Source: an uncultured Pseudomonadales bacterium | GTDB taxonomy: Bacteria > Patescibacteriota > Microgenomatia > UBA1400 | Direction of reading: 5' to 3' | Assembly: GCA_964589815.1 (NCBI GenBank) | Contig: CAZPUR010000004.1 | Span: 1 to 58,950 of the forward strand | DNA: 58,950 nt | In this document: positions 9,647-18,911 of the stretch, piece after piece | Position numbering within the stretch: the stretch's first letter is position 1 | Layout: every line of letters begins with the position of its first letter | Notes under the pieces: generated by a model | The model's input: only the letters and a program-made list of their open reading frames with translations | The model's database searches: none | What the model was told of the DNA's origin: nothing | Made by a program: the position numbers and the translations under genes

Positions 9647-10561
9647 ATGAAAAAAGTTGACCTTTCAATTATTATTGTTAATTACAATACAAAAAAACTT
9701 TTAAAGAATTTGTTAGATTCTTTATATAAATCAAAGCTAGATAATTACAAACTAGAAGTTTTTGTAGTAGACAATAGTTCGGCTGACGGAAGTAAAGAAT
9801 ATCTCAAATCTCATCCGCTATCTACCAGCTGGCGGAGCGGATCAAAACTCAAAATAATTTTAAATACAGAAAATTTAGGTTATGCTAGAGCCAATAATAA
9901 AGCCCTTCGACGAGCTCAGGGTGAAAACATTCTTCTTTTAAACTCAGATACCTTATTGCAAAAGGAGACTCTTTTTAAAATGCTTAGATTTATGGAGGAA
10001 AATCAGGAGTGGGTGGCGGCTACTTGTAAAGTGGAGCTGGCTGACGGCCGGGTTGACCCGGCTTGCCACCGAGGCTTCCCTACGCCTTGGGCAGCCTTCA
10101 CTTATTTTTCCGGTTTGGAAGAACTTTTTCCCCAATCAAGAACTTTTGGTCAGTACCATCAGACTTGGAAAAGATTGGACTTAGTCCATGAAGTTGATGT
10201 TATTTCCGGCGCTTTTTTCTTGGTGAGAAAAAAGATTCTTGACCAAATTGGTTTGTTGGACGAAAGATTTTTTGTTTATGCTGAAGATATTGACTTGTGT
10301 TTCAGAATTAGGCAGAGGGGATATAAAATTTGTTATAATCCGATGACAAAAATTATTCATTTTAAAACTTCTTCGGGAAGAAAGAAATATCAGGATAAAA
10401 AAATTACCCTAAAAGATAAAAAGATGAAGAAAGAAGCGACTAAACATTTTTTTGAAACGATGAAATTGTTTTATGATAAACATTATAAGGATAAATACCC
10501 TTGGTTGATGAGAAAAATGGTTTTGTTGGGAATATGGGTTGTGAGTAAATTTAAAAATTAG
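9647..10561 (+). CDS. GT2 glycosyltransferase
   Basis: LSIIIVNYN, LLLNSDT, DVISGAF, FFVYAEDIDLC. Confidence 0.9.
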   Translation: MKKVDLSIIIVNYNTKKLLKNLLDSLYKSKLDNYKLEVFVVDNSSADGSKEYLKSHPLSTSWRSGSKLKIILNTENLGYARANNKALRRAQGENILLLNSDTLLQKETLFKMLRFMEENQEWVAATCKVELADGRVDPACHRGFPTPWAAFTYFSGLEELFPQSRTFGQYHQTWKRLDLVHEVDVISGAFFLVRKKILDQIGLLDERFFVYAEDIDLCFRIRQRGYKICYNPMTKIIHFKTSSGRKKYQDKKITLKDKKMKKEATKHFFETMKLFYDKHYKDKYPWLMRKMVLLGIWVVSKFKN

Positions 10562-10610
10562 AAATTATCATCCAGAGGATGATCGTCCCCTGGATGAGGA
10601 ATTAGAAATT
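10556..10610. repeat. 33-bp palindromic insert flanked by 11-bp direct repeats
   Basis: aattagaaatt (10556-10566) atcatccagaggatgatcgtcccctggatgagg aattagaaatt (10600-10610). Confidence 0.8.
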
Positions 10611-11752
10611 TGCGAATAGCAATAGATTGCCGTTTTTGGGGCACAAAACATACGGGTTTGGGTAGATATACTGAGAACCTTGTTTTAAATCTGCTCGAAA
10701 TAGACAAGGTTAATCGTTATTTTCTTTTTGTTTCTGAGAACAATGAAACAATGAAACAATGTAACAAGGCAACAGTTCTCCCACTTAATACCCCGCACTA
10801 TTCTTTAAAAGAACAAATTATCATTCCGAAAATTTTAAAAGAAATCAATCCCGACTTAGTCCACTTTCCTCATTTTAATGTGCCGATTCTTAATAATTTT
10901 CCTTATTTGATTACCATTCATGATTTAATCAAACACTATTCCAAAGGCAAAGAAACAACCACCAGAAACTCTTGGATTTATTTATTAAAATATTGGGGAT
11001 ATAAAACTGTTTTTACTCAAGCAGTAGGAAAAGCTAAAAAAATCATTGTTCCTTCAAAGTTCGTCAAAAGAGGATTATTGAAAAATTATCTCTTGGCTGA
11101 AGATAAAATCGAAGTTATTTATGAGGGAGTAGATAATAAGCTCAAAGCTCAAAGCTCAAAGCTCAAAGCTAAATCTCAAAAATCAAAACTTTTGAATAAA
11201 TATAAAATTAGAAGGCCCTATCTTTTATATGTTGGGAATGTTTATCCTCATAAAAACATCAGACGTTTAATTCTTGCAGTCAAAAAAATTAATCAAACAT
11301 TAATCATTGTTTGTTCCCGGGATGTTTTTTACCAGCGTTTGCAGCAGGTGGTTAAAGAATTTAAAGCAGAAAAATTTGTTAAATTAACAGGTTATGTTAC
11401 TGATAAAGAGCTAAACGTTTTATATGCTCAAGCTAAGGCTTTTATTAATCCTTCGCTAATGGAAGGCTTTGGTTTACCTGGCCTGGAAGCGATGCAGGCC
11501 GGTTGTCCGGTCGTTTGCAGCCAGATTCCTACTTTTAAAGAAGTTTATGACCAAGCGGTAGTTTATTTTAATCCCAAAAACATTGATGATATAGCAGAGA
11601 AAATCTTAAAAGTGATTAATTTTTCAGATAAAGAGAGGAAAGAGTTGATTAAAAAGGGAAAAAATCAGGCAAGCAAATACTCTTGGCAAAAATGCGCCCA
11701 AGAAACCCTTCAGCTATATCAGTCAATGGACAAATCAATAATCGGTAGATAA
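10610..11752 (+). CDS. GT4 glycosyltransferase, TTG start
   Basis: RIAIDCRF, GLGRY, ITIHDL, YPHKN, PSLMEGFGLPGLEA. Confidence 0.9.
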   Translation: MRIAIDCRFWGTKHTGLGRYTENLVLNLLEIDKVNRYFLFVSENNETMKQCNKATVLPLNTPHYSLKEQIIIPKILKEINPDLVHFPHFNVPILNNFPYLITIHDLIKHYSKGKETTTRNSWIYLLKYWGYKTVFTQAVGKAKKIIVPSKFVKRGLLKNYLLAEDKIEVIYEGVDNKLKAQSSKLKAKSQKSKLLNKYKIRRPYLLYVGNVYPHKNIRRLILAVKKINQTLIIVCSRDVFYQRLQQVVKEFKAEKFVKLTGYVTDKELNVLYAQAKAFINPSLMEGFGLPGLEAMQAGCPVVCSQIPTFKEVYDQAVVYFNPKNIDDIAEKILKVINFSDKERKELIKKGKNQASKYSWQKCAQETLQLYQSMDKSIIGR

Positions 11753-11759
11753 ATTATTT

Positions 11760-12884
11760 ATGAAGATTGCTTTAGTTTACGATCGGGTTAATAAGTTTGG
11801 CGGGGCAGAAAGGGTTTTGTTGGCCCTTCACCAAATCTGGCCTCAGGCCCCGCTTTATACTTCTGTTTATAATCCTGCTGGGGCAACTTGGGCCAAGGAT
11901 TTTGAAGTGATTCCTTCATTTGTTAATAAACTGCCTTTGGCTAAAAGTAATCACGAAATTTATCCTTGGTTAATGCCTTTAGCTTTTGAGTCCTTTGATT
12001 TTTCTGAATTTGATGTGGTGATTTCCGTCACGTCAGCTGAAGCAAAAGGAATTATTACCAGGCCAGAAACCCTTCATTTATGCTATTGTTTAACGCCTAC
12101 CCGCTATTTATGGAGCGGCTACCGTCATTATTATAAAAATCCCCGTTATGGTCTTTTAAATCCTTTGGCCAAAGTTTTGCTTCGGCCCATGCTTTTAAAG
12201 CTTAAACAATGGGACAAAATCGCTAGCCAGAGACCGGATTATTATTTGGCTATTTCTAAAACAGTTAAGAAAAGAATAAAAAAATATTATCAAAGAGACT
12301 CAAAGGTTATTTATCCAGCAGTTGATGTAAATAAATTTAAATCAACTAGACGCTATTTACTAGACGCTGGACGCTATTTTCTTGTTGTTTCTCGGCTGGT
12401 TTCTTATAAGCGGGTGGATGTTATTGTAGATGCCTTTAATCAACTAGGGTTGCCTTTAAAGATAATTGGCGATGGAAGTGAAAGAAAATATTTAGGAGCC
12501 AAAGCTAAGAAAAATATAGAATTTTTAGGACAGGAGTTGACGGACAATCAATTGGTAGGTTATTATCAAGAATGTTTAAGTTTGGTTTTTGCGGGTGAAG
12601 AAGACCTTGGTTTGGTTTCTTTAGAAGCTCAGGCTTGCGGTAAACCAGTGATTGCTTATAAAATGGGAGGAGTGGGAGAAACAGTTATTGATGGTAAAAC
12701 CGGCATCCTGTTTTATCCCCAAACCAGTCAAGCCTTGATTAAGGCAGTGAAAAATTTTAAAGCCGAGAATTTTGAAACCAAAGAGATTCGCCAAAATGCT
12801 TTAAAATATAGTGAGAAAATTTTTTGTCAAAAATTTAAAGCCAAAGTGGAGGATTTATGGCTGAAACACCAAAAATTGATATAA
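11760..12884 (+). CDS. GT4 glycosyltransferase
   Basis: GGAERV, CLTPTRYLW, VSRLVSYKRVD, EEDLGLVSLEAQACGKPVIA. Confidence 0.9.
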   Translation: MKIALVYDRVNKFGGAERVLLALHQIWPQAPLYTSVYNPAGATWAKDFEVIPSFVNKLPLAKSNHEIYPWLMPLAFESFDFSEFDVVISVTSAEAKGIITRPETLHLCYCLTPTRYLWSGYRHYYKNPRYGLLNPLAKVLLRPMLLKLKQWDKIASQRPDYYLAISKTVKKRIKKYYQRDSKVIYPAVDVNKFKSTRRYLLDAGRYFLVVSRLVSYKRVDVIVDAFNQLGLPLKIIGDGSERKYLGAKAKKNIEFLGQELTDNQLVGYYQECLSLVFAGEEDLGLVSLEAQACGKPVIAYKMGGVGETVIDGKTGILFYPQTSQALIKAVKNFKAENFETKEIRQNALKYSEKIFCQKFKAKVEDLWLKHQKLI

Positions 12885-13966
12885 AAGCAGTGGTTTTTGC
12901 GGGTGGAGTGGGGACAAGGATGTGGCCCTTGAGCCGGACACAGAGCCCAAAACAATTTGAGAAAATGGTAGACAACAAATCTACGGTTCAATTAACAGTT
13001 GCTCGCCTTCGTCCCGAGGTCGACTGGGGCAATATTTACCTTTCCACGGGCGAAGTTTATGCCCCTTTGGTAAAAAAACAGCTTCCCCGGATTCCCAAGA
13101 AGAATATTGTGGGTGAGCCAAAAATGAGAGATGTGGCCGGAGCCGTTGGTCTGATGGCGGCTATTATTGCTAAAAAGGACCCGGATGGTCCTTTGGCAAT
13201 TTTATGGAGCGACCACATTATGAAGCGAGTAGGTCAGTTTAAAAAAGCTTTAAGAGTAGGAAGCGAATATATTAGAAAGAATCCTGATAAGATTTTATTT
13301 CTAGGGCACAAACCTCGTTACGCTAATCAGAATTTAGGCTGGGTGCAGATGGGGAAGGAACTTAAAAAACTTAATGGCTTCAGAATTTTTGAGTTCAAAA
13401 GCTGGAAGTATAGGCCGGACTTTGAATTAGTCCAGAAATTTTTTAAAGATAAAAAATATAGCTGGAATCCAGGCTACTTTATCTCTACGCCTAAATTTAT
13501 TCTCAATCAGTACCAAAGATTTATGCCTCAGATGTATAAAAAGATAATGGAATTACAGCAAGCCTACGGAAGATTTAGTTATAAAAGAAAATTGAAGAAA
13601 ATTTATCCTACTTTTGAAAAGATCTCTTTTGATGACGCCATTTTAGAAAGGTTAGAACCGGAAAAAGCCGTGGTGATGTCCGTTGATTTTGGCTGGAGCG
13701 ATTTAGGGACTTGGTTGGCACTAAAAGAAGCTTTACAGAAATCCAATAAAGATAATGTGGCTAAAGGGAAAGTATTTTTATATCAATCAGAAGACAGTTT
13801 AGTTTACAACTGTTCTGACCAACTGCTGACCGCCATCGACCTTAAAGGCATGGTTGTTGTTAATACGGAAGATGTTCTTTTAGTTTGTCCTAAAGAATCA
13901 ATGAAAAATATTAAGAAAGTAGTTAATCAATTTAAAGAAAATAAAAATTACAAAAAGTTCACTTAA
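12857..13966 (+). CDS. manC: Mannose-1-phosphate guanylyltransferase
   Basis: AGGVGTRMWPLSR..PKQF, SDH, WNPGYF, ISFDDAILE, FGWSDLGTW. Confidence 0.85.
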   Translation: MAETPKIDIKAVVFAGGVGTRMWPLSRTQSPKQFEKMVDNKSTVQLTVARLRPEVDWGNIYLSTGEVYAPLVKKQLPRIPKKNIVGEPKMRDVAGAVGLMAAIIAKKDPDGPLAILWSDHIMKRVGQFKKALRVGSEYIRKNPDKILFLGHKPRYANQNLGWVQMGKELKKLNGFRIFEFKSWKYRPDFELVQKFFKDKKYSWNPGYFISTPKFILNQYQRFMPQMYKKIMELQQAYGRFSYKRKLKKIYPTFEKISFDDAILERLEPEKAVVMSVDFGWSDLGTWLALKEALQKSNKDNVAKGKVFLYQSEDSLVYNCSDQLLTAIDLKGMVVVNTEDVLLVCPKESMKNIKKVVNQFKENKNYKKFT

Positions 13967-13974
13967 AAAAAATA

Positions 13975-14592
13975 ATGGGTTATCAAGAAATTAAAAGGGT
14001 ATTAGACCTTTCATTAGCCCTATTTTTAGCTATCCTGTTTTTTCCTATCTGGATAATTGTGCCCCTGGTGGTTTTAATTGACTCCGGTCGGCCTATTTTT
14101 TACCGTCACCGTCGGGTAGGTAAAGGCGGGAAAGAATTTTGGTTGTATAAATTTAGGAGTATGGTGGTTAATGCGGATAAGATGTTGCTTTGGAATAAAA
14201 GACTTTTAGCCGAATTCAAAAACAGTGATTGGAAGCTTGAGAATGACCCCCGGATAACCAAATTAGGCAGGATTTTACGTAATTTAACCATCGATGAGTT
14301 TCCTCAGTTGTTCAATGTTTTTAAGGGAGAGATGAGCATGATTGGGCCGAGAGCTTATGTTAAGAATGAGTTAAAAGAACAAGGCAAAAAATATCCCTCG
14401 ACTAAAAAATATATTGAAACCATTCTTGCCGTCAGGCCGGGAATCACCGGTGTTTGGCAAACCTCAGGCAGAAACGAAATCCCCTTTACTCAAAGAGCAA
14501 AAATGGACTATGATTATGTCAGGAAAATGTCCTTTTGGGAGGATTTAAAAATTATTTTGAAAACACCCAAGGCCATGATTTCTAAATGGTAG
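13975..14592 (+). CDS. Initiating sugar-phosphate transferase (Bac_transf, WbaP/WcaJ-like)
   Basis: IKRVLD, YKFRSM, DPRITKLG, IDEFPQLFNV..GEMSMIGPR, RPGITGVWQTSGR. Confidence 0.92.
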   Translation: MGYQEIKRVLDLSLALFLAILFFPIWIIVPLVVLIDSGRPIFYRHRRVGKGGKEFWLYKFRSMVVNADKMLLWNKRLLAEFKNSDWKLENDPRITKLGRILRNLTIDEFPQLFNVFKGEMSMIGPRAYVKNELKEQGKKYPSTKKYIETILAVRPGITGVWQTSGRNEIPFTQRAKMDYDYVRKMSFWEDLKIILKTPKAMISKW

Positions 14593-16550
14593 AAGGTTTA
14601 CAAAAGATTAAGGTAGGTGAGGAAAAAGAGTCTGTCCAAGACGAATCGGCGCCGGCGGTAAAAAAATCTAAATTGGGCAAGCGCATTTTAATTTTTCCCC
14701 TCGTTTTATTTTCTTTACTGGTTTTAATTGCTCTGCCTGGTTTCCTTTTGGCCCGACCCTTAATTAATTCAGTTCAAAAAACTTATAACTTAGCCCAGGA
14801 AGCATATCAGGCAGGAAAAAGTCAGGATTTGGTGACCACGGAGGTAAAACTAAAAGAAACCCAAGATGCCCTTCAAGAGACTCGGCAAAAATATCAAAAA
14901 TTGGCTTGGCTTAAAGTTATTCCTTTTTTAAGAGCTTATTATAAAGACGGAGAATATGGTTTAAATGCGGTTGCCAATGGTTTGGAGGCAGGAAAAATTT
15001 TGGTAGAGGCAATTACTCCTTATGCTGATGTTTTGGGTTTTAAAGGGCAGGGAAGTTTTATGGGCGGAACAGCCGAAGACCGGATTGCCAAGATTGTTCA
15101 AACCTTAGATAAAGTGACGCCGAAATTAGACGAGGTATCCGCCAAATTAAAACTAGTTGAGGAAGATGTAGAAAAGATTAACCCCCAGCGTTATCCTGAG
15201 GAAGTTAAAGGTAAGAAAATCAGGGGAAGAATAGAAAAACTCAAAACCACGATTAAAGAAATAACCTTAGGCATTGACGAAGCTCGGCCCATTATTAAGG
15301 TTTTGCCCCAAATTTTAGGCTACCCTGATTCTAAAGATTACCTGGTAATTTTTCAAAATGACGGCGAACTAAGAGCGACGGGTGGATTTATGACCGCTTT
15401 TTCCGTTTTACATTTAGAATCAGGCAAGGTCAAACCGGAAAAGAGCGACGACATTTATTCGTTGGATAAAAAGCTTAAGAGCCATTTGAAGCCGCCGGAG
15501 CCAATTGAAAAATACCTTTTCAGCACCGAATATAGCGCCAAGCTGGTGCCTTATTTCTATTTGAGGGATATGAATTTTTCTCCTGATTTTAAAGTTTCCA
15601 TGGAAACTTTTAAGACTTATTATGATAAAGTTCCGGGTGAATATGAAGTTGACGGTATTATTACGGTTGACACTTATGTTTTAAGAGATTTAGTTACCAT
15701 TTTGGGCCCGGTTGATGTGCCCGGTTACGGCACTTTTACCATAGAACCAGATGAACGCTGCCATAACATCCCTAATATTATTTGTGAGCTGGAATACATT
15801 GTCGATGAGCCTTTACCGACTCAATCAGGCAACCGGAAGCAGACTATTTTGGGGCCAATGATGCAGCAAATTTTGCTTAAGGCGATGGGTAGCCCTAAAA
15901 ATTTATGGCCTCAGCTCTTTACTACCGGCCTGAGATTGGTAAAAGAAAAACACGTTTTATTTTATTTAACCAATGGAGAGATTCAACAAGCGGTTGAGGC
16001 TTTTAATGCGGCCGGCAGGATTAAAGATTTCGAGGGCGACTATCTCCATATTAATGATTCCAATTTTGGAGGGGCTAAGGCCAACATGTTTACTAAACAA
16101 TCAGTGGAACAGGAGATTGAGATTGCCGAGTCAGGCAGAGTGACTAAAACTTTGACGATTGTTTACGAAAATCCGGAACCGATGGATGATTGCTATTTGG
16201 AAAGAAAAGGCGGTTTATGCTTAAACAGCATTCTTCGTAATTATTTTAGAATTTATGTCCCTCAGGGCTCCAAACTAATAGAAGCTTTGGGTTCAGAGGA
16301 AGAGGTAAAGACGCAGGAAGAGTTGGGTAAAACTTATTTTGATGGTTTCTTGACTGTCCGCGGTGAAGGCGGCCGGGCAAAATTGGTGATTAAATATGAA
16401 TTGCCTTTTACGGTTAATCCGGATGATAATTTTAAACTCTTGATCCAAAAGCAGCCAGGCACTTTAGGACATAAATACAAAGTTATTTTTGGCGAACAGG
16501 TTGAAGAGTTTGACCTTAGAACCGATCGAGAGTTTGTATTTGACTTTTAG
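14586..16550 (+). CDS. DUF4012-like membrane-anchored protein
   Basis: N-terminal TM; FQNDGELRATGGF, RDMNFSPDF, INDSNFGGAKAN, KQPGT. Confidence 0.8.
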   Translation: MVEGLQKIKVGEEKESVQDESAPAVKKSKLGKRILIFPLVLFSLLVLIALPGFLLARPLINSVQKTYNLAQEAYQAGKSQDLVTTEVKLKETQDALQETRQKYQKLAWLKVIPFLRAYYKDGEYGLNAVANGLEAGKILVEAITPYADVLGFKGQGSFMGGTAEDRIAKIVQTLDKVTPKLDEVSAKLKLVEEDVEKINPQRYPEEVKGKKIRGRIEKLKTTIKEITLGIDEARPIIKVLPQILGYPDSKDYLVIFQNDGELRATGGFMTAFSVLHLESGKVKPEKSDDIYSLDKKLKSHLKPPEPIEKYLFSTEYSAKLVPYFYLRDMNFSPDFKVSMETFKTYYDKVPGEYEVDGIITVDTYVLRDLVTILGPVDVPGYGTFTIEPDERCHNIPNIICELEYIVDEPLPTQSGNRKQTILGPMMQQILLKAMGSPKNLWPQLFTTGLRLVKEKHVLFYLTNGEIQQAVEAFNAAGRIKDFEGDYLHINDSNFGGAKANMFTKQSVEQEIEIAESGRVTKTLTIVYENPEPMDDCYLERKGGLCLNSILRNYFRIYVPQGSKLIEALGSEEEVKTQEELGKTYFDGFLTVRGEGGRAKLVIKYELPFTVNPDDNFKLLIQKQPGTLGHKYKVIFGEQVEEFDLRTDREFVFDF

Positions 16551-16553
16551 TCA

Positions 16554-16658
16554 GGAAACGTCATTCCTGAAATTAATTCAGGACAGGCTCCGAATCCTGA
16601 TATTCATCAGGACAAGCCTTATTGAAGGAAACGTCATCCTGAACTTGTTTCAGGATCT
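16554..16658. repeat. Cluster of three REP-like hairpins
   Basis: tcctgaa-attaa-ttcagga; tcctga-tattca-tcagga; gtcatcctgaacttgtttcaggatct; ggaaacgtcat repeated at 16554 and 16627. Confidence 0.85.
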
Positions 16659-16947
16659 ATATAATCTCCCCATATAAGTCTTTAAATCGAGGATTTTTTA
16701 ATTTAATAAGATTTAATTTCCATTGGCGATGCCAATTTTTTAATTGTTTTTCTCTTCGTATAGCTTCTTCAATTGATTCAAAACATTCATAATAGAGTAA
16801 CTTTGTTAGTTTATATTTTTGGCTAAAACCTTTAACTAAATGTTGTTTATGCTGGTAAACTCTTTTGATTAAATTAGAAGTTACTCCAATGTATATTGTA
16901 GGCCTATTATTACCAATAAAGTAAACATATCCTTTGTCTTTTGACAT
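16657..16947 (-). CDS. Small GIY-YIG nuclease family protein
   Basis: GYVYFI..IYIGVT..KRVYQH..YYE..AIRREKQLKNWHRQWK. Confidence 0.93.
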   Translation of the reverse strand: MSKDKGYVYFIGNNRPTIYIGVTSNLIKRVYQHKQHLVKGFSQKYKLTKLLYYECFESIEEAIRREKQLKNWHRQWKLNLIKLKNPRFKDLYGEII

Positions 16948-16968
16948 TAATTAAGTATACTTAATTAA
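16947..16968. promoter_or_regulatory. Perfect 22-bp palindrome at the GIY-YIG start codon
   Basis: ttaattaagtatacttaattaa, with tatact on both strands. Confidence 0.55.
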
Positions 16969-16997
16969 AATGTTGAAATAAATTAGATGCTGAAATG

Positions 16998-17023
16998 AGA
17001 TTCTGAAATAAATTCAGAATGAC
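16998..17023 (-). repeat. REP-like hairpin, inverted relative to the 16633 copy
   Basis: agattctgaaataaattcagaatgac; reverse complement gtcattctgaatttatttcagaatct matches 16633-16658. Confidence 0.85.
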
Positions 17024-17029
17024 GAGGAT

Positions 17030-17575
17030 ATGAAAACCTACAAAACAGAAGCTTTCGTGATTAAAAGAATCAATTTTGGTGAGGCGGATAAAATTCTAAC
17101 AGTTTATTCTAAGCATTATGGCAAGATTCGCTGTTTGGCTAAAGGAGTGAGAAAATTAACTTCCCGTAAAGCCGGTGCCCTAGATCTTTTTAACCAAGTA
17201 GTTATTTTTGTCGCCAAAGGCAAAAATTTGGACTTAATCACCGAGGCTAGGATTTTGAGATCTTTTAGCAGCTTTAAAAAAGACCTGAAAAAAGTGGCTT
17301 TGGCTTATAAATTTGTGGAATTAGTCGACCGCTTAAATGCTGAAAATCAAGCCAATCATTCAGTCTACCAACTTTTACTTGATTCTTTAAGAAAACTGAC
17401 TCGTTCCCAGGTGAACTTAAGTCAACTCTCTTTAGATTTTAAAAAAGATCTTTTGCAGTGGACAGGTTTTGGCTTGCCTGATGAGATTAGCAACCGGAGT
17501 TTAAACGAAGCTTTAGAAAAAATTATCGAAAAAAAGATTAACTCTCATTCTCTCTTGAAAAAGGTGATGGATTGA
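17030..17575 (+). CDS. recO: DNA repair protein RecO (short form)
   Basis: FGEADKILTVYSKHYGKI..AKGVRK..SRK..LDLFN. Confidence 0.9.
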   Translation: MKTYKTEAFVIKRINFGEADKILTVYSKHYGKIRCLAKGVRKLTSRKAGALDLFNQVVIFVAKGKNLDLITEARILRSFSSFKKDLKKVALAYKFVELVDRLNAENQANHSVYQLLLDSLRKLTRSQVNLSQLSLDFKKDLLQWTGFGLPDEISNRSLNEALEKIIEKKINSHSLLKKVMD

Positions 17576-17591
17576 AGGTAGAATAAAATTT

Positions 17592-18878
17592 ATGAAAAAC
17601 TTGATGCAAAAGATTGTTTCACTTTCTAAACGCCGGGGTTTTATTTTCCCCTCCTCAGAAATTTACGGCGGTTTTGGCGGCTTCTGGGATTTTGGCCCTC
17701 TGGGAGTGTTACTGAAAAACAATCTTAAGAAAATTTGGTGGCATGATTTGGTAGAGGTTAATGACAATATTTATGGCCTTGATTCCACTATTATTCTTAA
17801 TCCCAAGGTTTGGCAGGCGAGCGGTCATACCGGACCAGGATTTGCCGACCCCCTGCGAGAATGTAAAATCTGTCACCATCGTTTTCGGGGAGACGATTTG
17901 AAGACAGATAAATGCCCTGATTGCGGCGGAGAATTAACTAAGGAAAAGAAATTTAATATTTTAGTCAAGACTTTTATTGGGCCGGTAGAGGATCAATCAA
18001 CCCTAAGCTATTTAAGGGGTGAAACTTGTCAGGGAATATTTGTTAACTTTAAAAATGTAGTCGATGTGGTTAGACCAAAGATGCCTTTTGGGATTGCTCA
18101 GATTGGTAAAGCTTTTCGCAATGAAATTACTCCCGGTAATTTTAACTTTCGTTCTCGGGAATTTGAACAAATGGAGTTAGAGTTTTTTGTCAGGCCCGGT
18201 GAAGATGAGAAATGGTTCGAATTTTGGAAAAAAGAAAGAATGAAATGGCATTTATCTTTAGGGATTAAAAAAGACAAACTTCGTTTTTACGAGCATCCTC
18301 AGGAAAAACTGGCCCATTATTCAAAAAGAACGGTGGATGTGGAATATAAATTTCCTTTTGGCTGGGGTGAGATCGAAGGGGTGGCTAATCGAACTGATTT
18401 TGATTTAAAAAATCACAGCCAGCAGTCGGGCAGAGACTTAAGTTTTACTGATGAAAAAGGAAAGAAATTCTATCCTTATGTGATTGAACCTTCAGTAGGA
18501 ACCGACCGTTTAGCCTTAACTCTTTTAGTTGATGCTTATACTGAAGAAAAGGATCGAGTCGTTTTAAAACTGGAGCCATGTTTGTCACCCTATCAAGTGG
18601 CGGTTTTCCCTCTTTTGAGAAACAAGCCTCAGTTAGTCAGTCTGGCTAAAAAAGTTTACCAGGGTTTACAAAAAGAGCTTATTTGTGTTTGGGATGAGCG
18701 GGGCAATATCGGCAAGCGTTATTATGCTCAGGACGAGATTGGCACGCCTTGGTGCGTCACCATTGACTTTGACTCCTTAAAAAATCAGGATCTTACTGTC
18801 AGAGACAGGGATACGATGAAACAAAAAAGAGTGAAAATCAGTAAGTTAAAAGAATACTTTGACTCTAAACTTAAATAA
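17592..18878 (+). CDS. glyQS: Glycine--tRNA ligase, alpha2 type
   Basis: KRRGFIFPSSEIYGG, YLRGETCQG, GKAFRNEITP, FRSREFEQMELEFF, VIEPSVG. Confidence 0.96.
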   Translation: MKNLMQKIVSLSKRRGFIFPSSEIYGGFGGFWDFGPLGVLLKNNLKKIWWHDLVEVNDNIYGLDSTIILNPKVWQASGHTGPGFADPLRECKICHHRFRGDDLKTDKCPDCGGELTKEKKFNILVKTFIGPVEDQSTLSYLRGETCQGIFVNFKNVVDVVRPKMPFGIAQIGKAFRNEITPGNFNFRSREFEQMELEFFVRPGEDEKWFEFWKKERMKWHLSLGIKKDKLRFYEHPQEKLAHYSKRTVDVEYKFPFGWGEIEGVANRTDFDLKNHSQQSGRDLSFTDEKGKKFYPYVIEPSVGTDRLALTLLVDAYTEEKDRVVLKLEPCLSPYQVAVFPLLRNKPQLVSLAKKVYQGLQKELICVWDERGNIGKRYYAQDEIGTPWCVTIDFDSLKNQDLTVRDRDTMKQKRVKISKLKEYFDSKLK

Positions 18879-18911
18879 TTTAGAACTTTTATTTTTTCAA
18901 GGGTTATTTTT

